Assembly: GCF_025526975.1 (NCBI RefSeq)
Contig: NW_026515669.1
Coordinates: 868,001 to 932,000, forward strand
Source of the DNA: Fimicolochytrium jonesii
Taxonomy: Eukaryota
Length of the DNA stretch: 64,000 bases
Reading direction: 5' to 3'
Under the pieces are notes generated by a model. The model did no database searches. It worked only from the letters and a program-made list of their open reading frames with translations, and was not told where the DNA came from. Positions 59,901 through 64,000 of the stretch are shown in pieces; position 1 is the first letter of the stretch, and each line of letters begins with the position of its first letter. The translations under genes and the position numbers were made by a program.

Positions 59901-61418
59901 CGGCGCCGGATATCTTGACTTGCAGGTTCGACAATATTGATGACGCGCCTGACTGTATGGAAGCTGCATCATCATCAAAGTCCGTGGCGATATGTCTCGC
60001 ACGTCGAGTTGCTTTGCGAATACTAGCCGCTGCTTGGGCGACCATATGCAACTTCTCTCCAATTGCTGCCCGCTTGTCCTGCCTACCAGATTTTCGTTCC
60101 GCCTTCTTCCGTCTGAAGTAATTGACTGCAGCTTCCCCTCTTTCGCGTATTCGTTGTCGTTGCTCATCTGTTAGCGCATCAGTCGACTTTTCTGCCACAG
60201 ATTCGCCGTCGTTTGCCCATCCACGGTGATGCCTGTGTTTCCGCCCTTTGTGAGAAAGGCCTGAGCCCCACTCGACCGTTGGGCCCCGTCGAATCTGGTT
60301 GACCGGTTTTTTGACGATACGCACTGCTGCGAATCTGCGGTCTCGCTTCGGACCCGCCCGGTCGGCCGCGAGTATTGCTGAAATATAGCATTGCTGAGCG
60401 TGAACCAGATTGGCTCTCAAAACGTCACAGCTTTGAGATGCCGCCTGCGCGATGTCTTTGGCATGGTTGTATTGGGCGGTGAGGCGTTTGTATTCAGGGA
60501 AAAGGGCCAGCAACGGGTGATGAGGGATGGTAAATGCGTCCAACGAATGGAGTGTTTCGTCGTATTGATTGTCATCTGCTTCCTTTGCCGCCGGGTACGG
60601 AAGTGGAATTTCTTTTGCTTCAACGCCTCCTGTTTGCGGTCGCTGGTGAGCTAAACCCTTGTACCCATGTCGAGTGTGATTGGGAGGATCACAAGTCGGC
60701 CCCTGTTTGTCGACTTGCCGTTGCGATTTTCTTTCCGCGAACCTGCTGATACTCTGCTGTAGTTCACGTATCGTGTTAAGGGTCTTTGTCAGAGCCGCCT
60801 ATACACATACAGAAATGAGCGGAGTTCCATGATTAGGTTGCTATCTCTTTTTTTCGGAAATCTGAAGTAACGGCGAAAGCAACGACATACCCGGTCAGTA
60901 ACGAGTGCCCTCTCGTACTCGGCCAGTTTCATCGCCCATGAAATCACGGTTTCATCTCTCAACACAGCTTCAATTCCTGGGTATGTGATCCCAGTCTCGA
61001 ACAATCTGGCCTCCTCTAGTGCAAATCCTTCTCGTGGGATCCCTTTCACGCTGCTGATCGAATGTAAAGCGGGGGGCAAATCTGGAAAGATGCTGCGGAG
61101 AAAGGACGTATCTCCTTCGTCAAATTGTTCCGCTCCCGCCTCACTATCGTTTTCTTCGTGCCTTGCTTGCTGAGCATCATAGGTGAAGTGATCGTTCAAG
61201 TATCCATTGCTCTCGAAATCGCTCTGGAGCTCCGGATATGCCACGCTATTTCTCGTATGCGCAATCTCGACGGCCCACGGTGTGATCCCTAACACACCAG
61301 CTCCTCGCTCTGCATTTGCTGCACGGCGGAAGTAATGAAGATCCTCCTGATCAAGGAGCTCGGTCTGGGGAAGATGACCCGGGTCTTTCGGGTGGGAAAA
61401 GGTGGCATTCAGACTCAT
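53977..61418 (-). CDS. CFAP74: Cilia/flagella-associated protein 74-like (~2435 aa; coiled-coil N-terminus, tandem ASH/PapD-like domains)
   Basis: Exon 61418-60891 joins in frame (intron 60890-60757) to the 2188-aa ORF; PFTPVPAIAEFKDYD..IALTN..PGRLSPG..VRFDP..FCIPV..KC and repeated LDFG..V.N modules. Confidence 0.78.
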
Positions 61419-61773
61419 GACGGCGGTGGCTTCCGGATGTAGCTACGACGCCGATCTTGATGGGAGGTCGGCTATGAGGGAAGGTATGGAGATGGAGTTT
61501 GCAGAACACTGTATAATGTGTCGCTTCCGTCGCATCAACGAAGAGTAGTAGGACGGAGAGGAAAGTAAGAATCTAAAAAGTTGCGATGATTGACCTCTGT
61601 GCGGTGTCGAATTTTGTCAGAGTTCTCCGACCAATTTATTTGTGACGCGGCGTTTGCACGTGACGGCGCCAACAAGTTCAATCCCCTGAACCGGGTGAAA
61701 GTCAACGAGCCGGTCGCTTCCGTGTGAAGGGTTGTGCATTACCTGCCGGAATCAGCAACTTTGCAACGACAGA

Positions 61774-62341
61774 ATGAGCGGCATCGTCAACATCAACTCG
61801 GCTAACGTGAGTATCGCTCAGGGTATTGCTCAGAGCCTCGTGCTCGGTGTTTTGCGGTTTGGGAAAGCACGAGGATTCGCAACTGCTTCCCACAAAGTAC
61901 TAATTTCGACCCTAAATCGCAGTTGCTCCGCCTGGGAGCTTTGGGCGCAGGCGTTTTCTATGGCTACGCTCACAAGCAAAGCTTGACCGCTTTTGTGCAC
62001 AAGCGTTCCGAAGAGCGTGCCCGTCTCCACAACTTGGACTTGGTCGACGAGGCCAAGATTGCGTTTGAGGCTCAGGAGTCGAGGGAGACCGCCGCACGTG
62101 CTAAGAAGGCTGGATGTAAGTAGACCTGAGTTGATGTTGGACTCGAGGGGAAGGAAGAAATGCCTTTGCACGACTTGAAGTAGCTTGGGAGTCGCTTGTG
62201 TCATATCCTTAGACTAACTTATCCTCCCATCTCATAGTGGCTACCATCGACAACGACTCTTGGAGATACGACGCTGAGCGCTACATGAACTTCTTGCTCT
62301 CTGAAACCGAAGCGGAAGCACCAAAGCCTAAGAAGAAGTAG
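61774..62341 (+). CDS. TIM11: Mitochondrial ATP synthase subunit e (Tim11/Atp21)
   Basis: Three exons: MSGIVNINSAN|LLRLGALGAGVFYGYAHKQSL (GxxxG TM) then a coiled coil ..LVDEAKIAF. Confidence 0.88.
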
Positions 62342-62764
62342 AGAGATTGTAAAAGCTTGTAGCGATAACCATGGATATGCACAACAATACATGAGGAGTA
62401 CTCGACGAAATGAGAGAAAGCCACATGTTGCCTCAGGATAATCTGATCGTAGAGGAAGTTGAAATTTCGCAAACTGGCAGATGGCGAGGTTTCGACTATA
62501 GAGCATGGGACGAGAGCTTTGCATAGAGCGGGGACATTGTCGTTATTCAGTGGCAACGAGATCGAATACGACAACTTCCGAGATTCTGAAGGGTGATGCA
62601 CAAGCAACTCCGAGGTTCGTCTCTCGGTGTGCAGCGAGGACACGCATTCCATTTGATCTTCTCCGGCAGGGTTCCGCAATGCCTGTGTGGAAATTTCAGG
62701 GCCATGCAGTGTATTTTACGCTCTATGGATAGATACATTTGGGTACACAATATGCTTCTCCGAC

Positions 62765-64000
62765 TCACAACAAACCTCCGTACCTACACAACGACGAAAG
62801 CAAAGGTCAGACTGCGCAGTACCGTGCGATATCGAGCGATTTCGAGAAATCGGAGAGGAAACATACCCGAACGTGGCCTTTATGCTGTTCCAGTAGTAGT
62901 TTGTCCAGTTCTTCTCAGTAGAGTCTTTCTCACCGATAGGCACATCTTTCTGAGTCAATTTCAAAACCGTGTTGTCACGCCCCTCCGTCAGGTCCAGGGT
63001 GACGATAGAATGATGTTCCGCTGGCCACTGCTTTTGACGCCACTTCCAGACGATCTTCTTCCCGACAACTACTTCCTCCAGGCTCCCCGAAACATTTCCG
63101 TCAAATAACCTAAAAGTTGATCCGACTTCTCGCCCAATTTCAGCGTTGCCGCGAGACCACGCCTGCACTCTTTGCTTGTCCAATAGGGTTTCGAACACAT
63201 CCCGAGCGGAGGCGACGAATTCAATCGTCTGCGTAATGGTCGTTAAACCACCGACTACCTTTGTGGTGCTGGTGGACTTGGTCTCCGTCGGAGCCACGGG
63301 TTTTGGCTGGTATGTCTTCAGGACAGGGTGGCCCTTCATCTCGTCGGCCGATATGTACACGTCTTTCACGTGGGCTATGACGTGAGAGGATAGAGAAGGT
63401 CAATGCTGTACCGCAAGTTACAGATGCCAGGGCCACTGGCTTACCCTCCAGGAGATCCTTCGAGAAGGAGCTGAGCTTAGCGCGGATCTCGTTCGTCAAC
63501 TCCTTACGAACAGCATCTTTGATGGGCTCCTTCTCCCGGGTGTCGTTGTCCATCGAGATATCGAACTGCAAGCAAAACACGTTTAGATCTCTGGATCACA
63601 TCGCAATATCAACCAAGATCACCCAAAACCTACCACCAGGTCATCCAAGTCGGTGTCATGCATGAATTCCGGAAGCACAATCTTGCCCGCAGCGCTCAAC
63701 CCGTCAAAGTCGCCAACCCAGCCAAGCGTGATGGCCACGTCGAAGATCGTTATCACCTTCCCCTTCCGTTGGTTGACGTCGACATCTCCGGTCACCTCAC
63801 GGACCTCTTCGACGGACACGTTGACGTTGCCCTTTGAGGCCTTGACGCCGGTGAGCCGACCAGTTATGTAAGTTTTGGCCCATGGAAGACAGTTCTTTTC
63901 CACCCAGTGCCTGTGATGGAAGGGGTCAGCTATCGATTAAGCGGAGATACGAGGCAGGAAAGGGTGAATACCAGTTGTTGACGTTCTTCCAGTTTGTGTC
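62765..64000 (-). CDS. AHA1: Hsp90 co-chaperone Aha1, 5' end just outside window
   Basis: NVNNW|HWVEKNC, GDVDVNQRKGKVITIFD, C-terminal AHSA1 domain FRLFDGNVSG..WRQKQWP..NWTNYYWNSIKATFG|YGGLL. Confidence 0.96.

Noticed and set aside
1..64000. CRISPR arrays, tRNA/rRNA genes, intact transposase or reverse transcriptase, Fanzor locus
   Set aside because: No repeat-spacer periodicity, cloverleaf, rRNA tract or DDE/RT/RuvC motifs seen by eye

Overview
Compact, intron-rich eukaryotic DNA (mostly 50-90 nt GT-AG introns), most consistent with a zoosporic (chytrid-type) fungus: a fungal velvet regulator sits alongside a flagellar central-pair gene (CFAP74-like) and genes mainly known from animals (Slo-family K+ channel, APC7). 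About 24 protein genes can be reconstructed by splicing the ORF track: RRP40 (partial), a WW/Gly-rich protein, a flavin-reductase-like protein, a TMX-type thioredoxin, a Slo channel, HisRS, a secreted propeller-like protein, three coiled-coil unknowns, APC7, velvet, a GH5 endoglycoceramidase-like enzyme, PRCC, CTNNBL1, a modular adhesin-like protein, verprolin/WIP, a GPI-type protein, MER3, a small Ser-rich ORF, CFAP74, ATP synthase subunit e and AHA1 (partial). The most unusual stretch is ~28.4-30.0 kb, between GH5 and PRCC: an intronless orphan ORF followed by a ~660-nt non-coding element that is almost wall-to-wall helices, with nested long-range stems, G-U pairs on the + strand, a terminal pseudoknot and a tandem-repeat tail. 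It matches no RNA class I can recognise and is a candidate new structured RNA or a viral/mobile relic. Other notable signals are three TGACTCA sites and a repeat-laden long intron in HisRS, a GC-AG intron in MER3, a >1 kb ATG-free leader, and frame-symmetric duplicated exons in the adhesin. All calls come from reading the sequence; no searches or folding programs were run.
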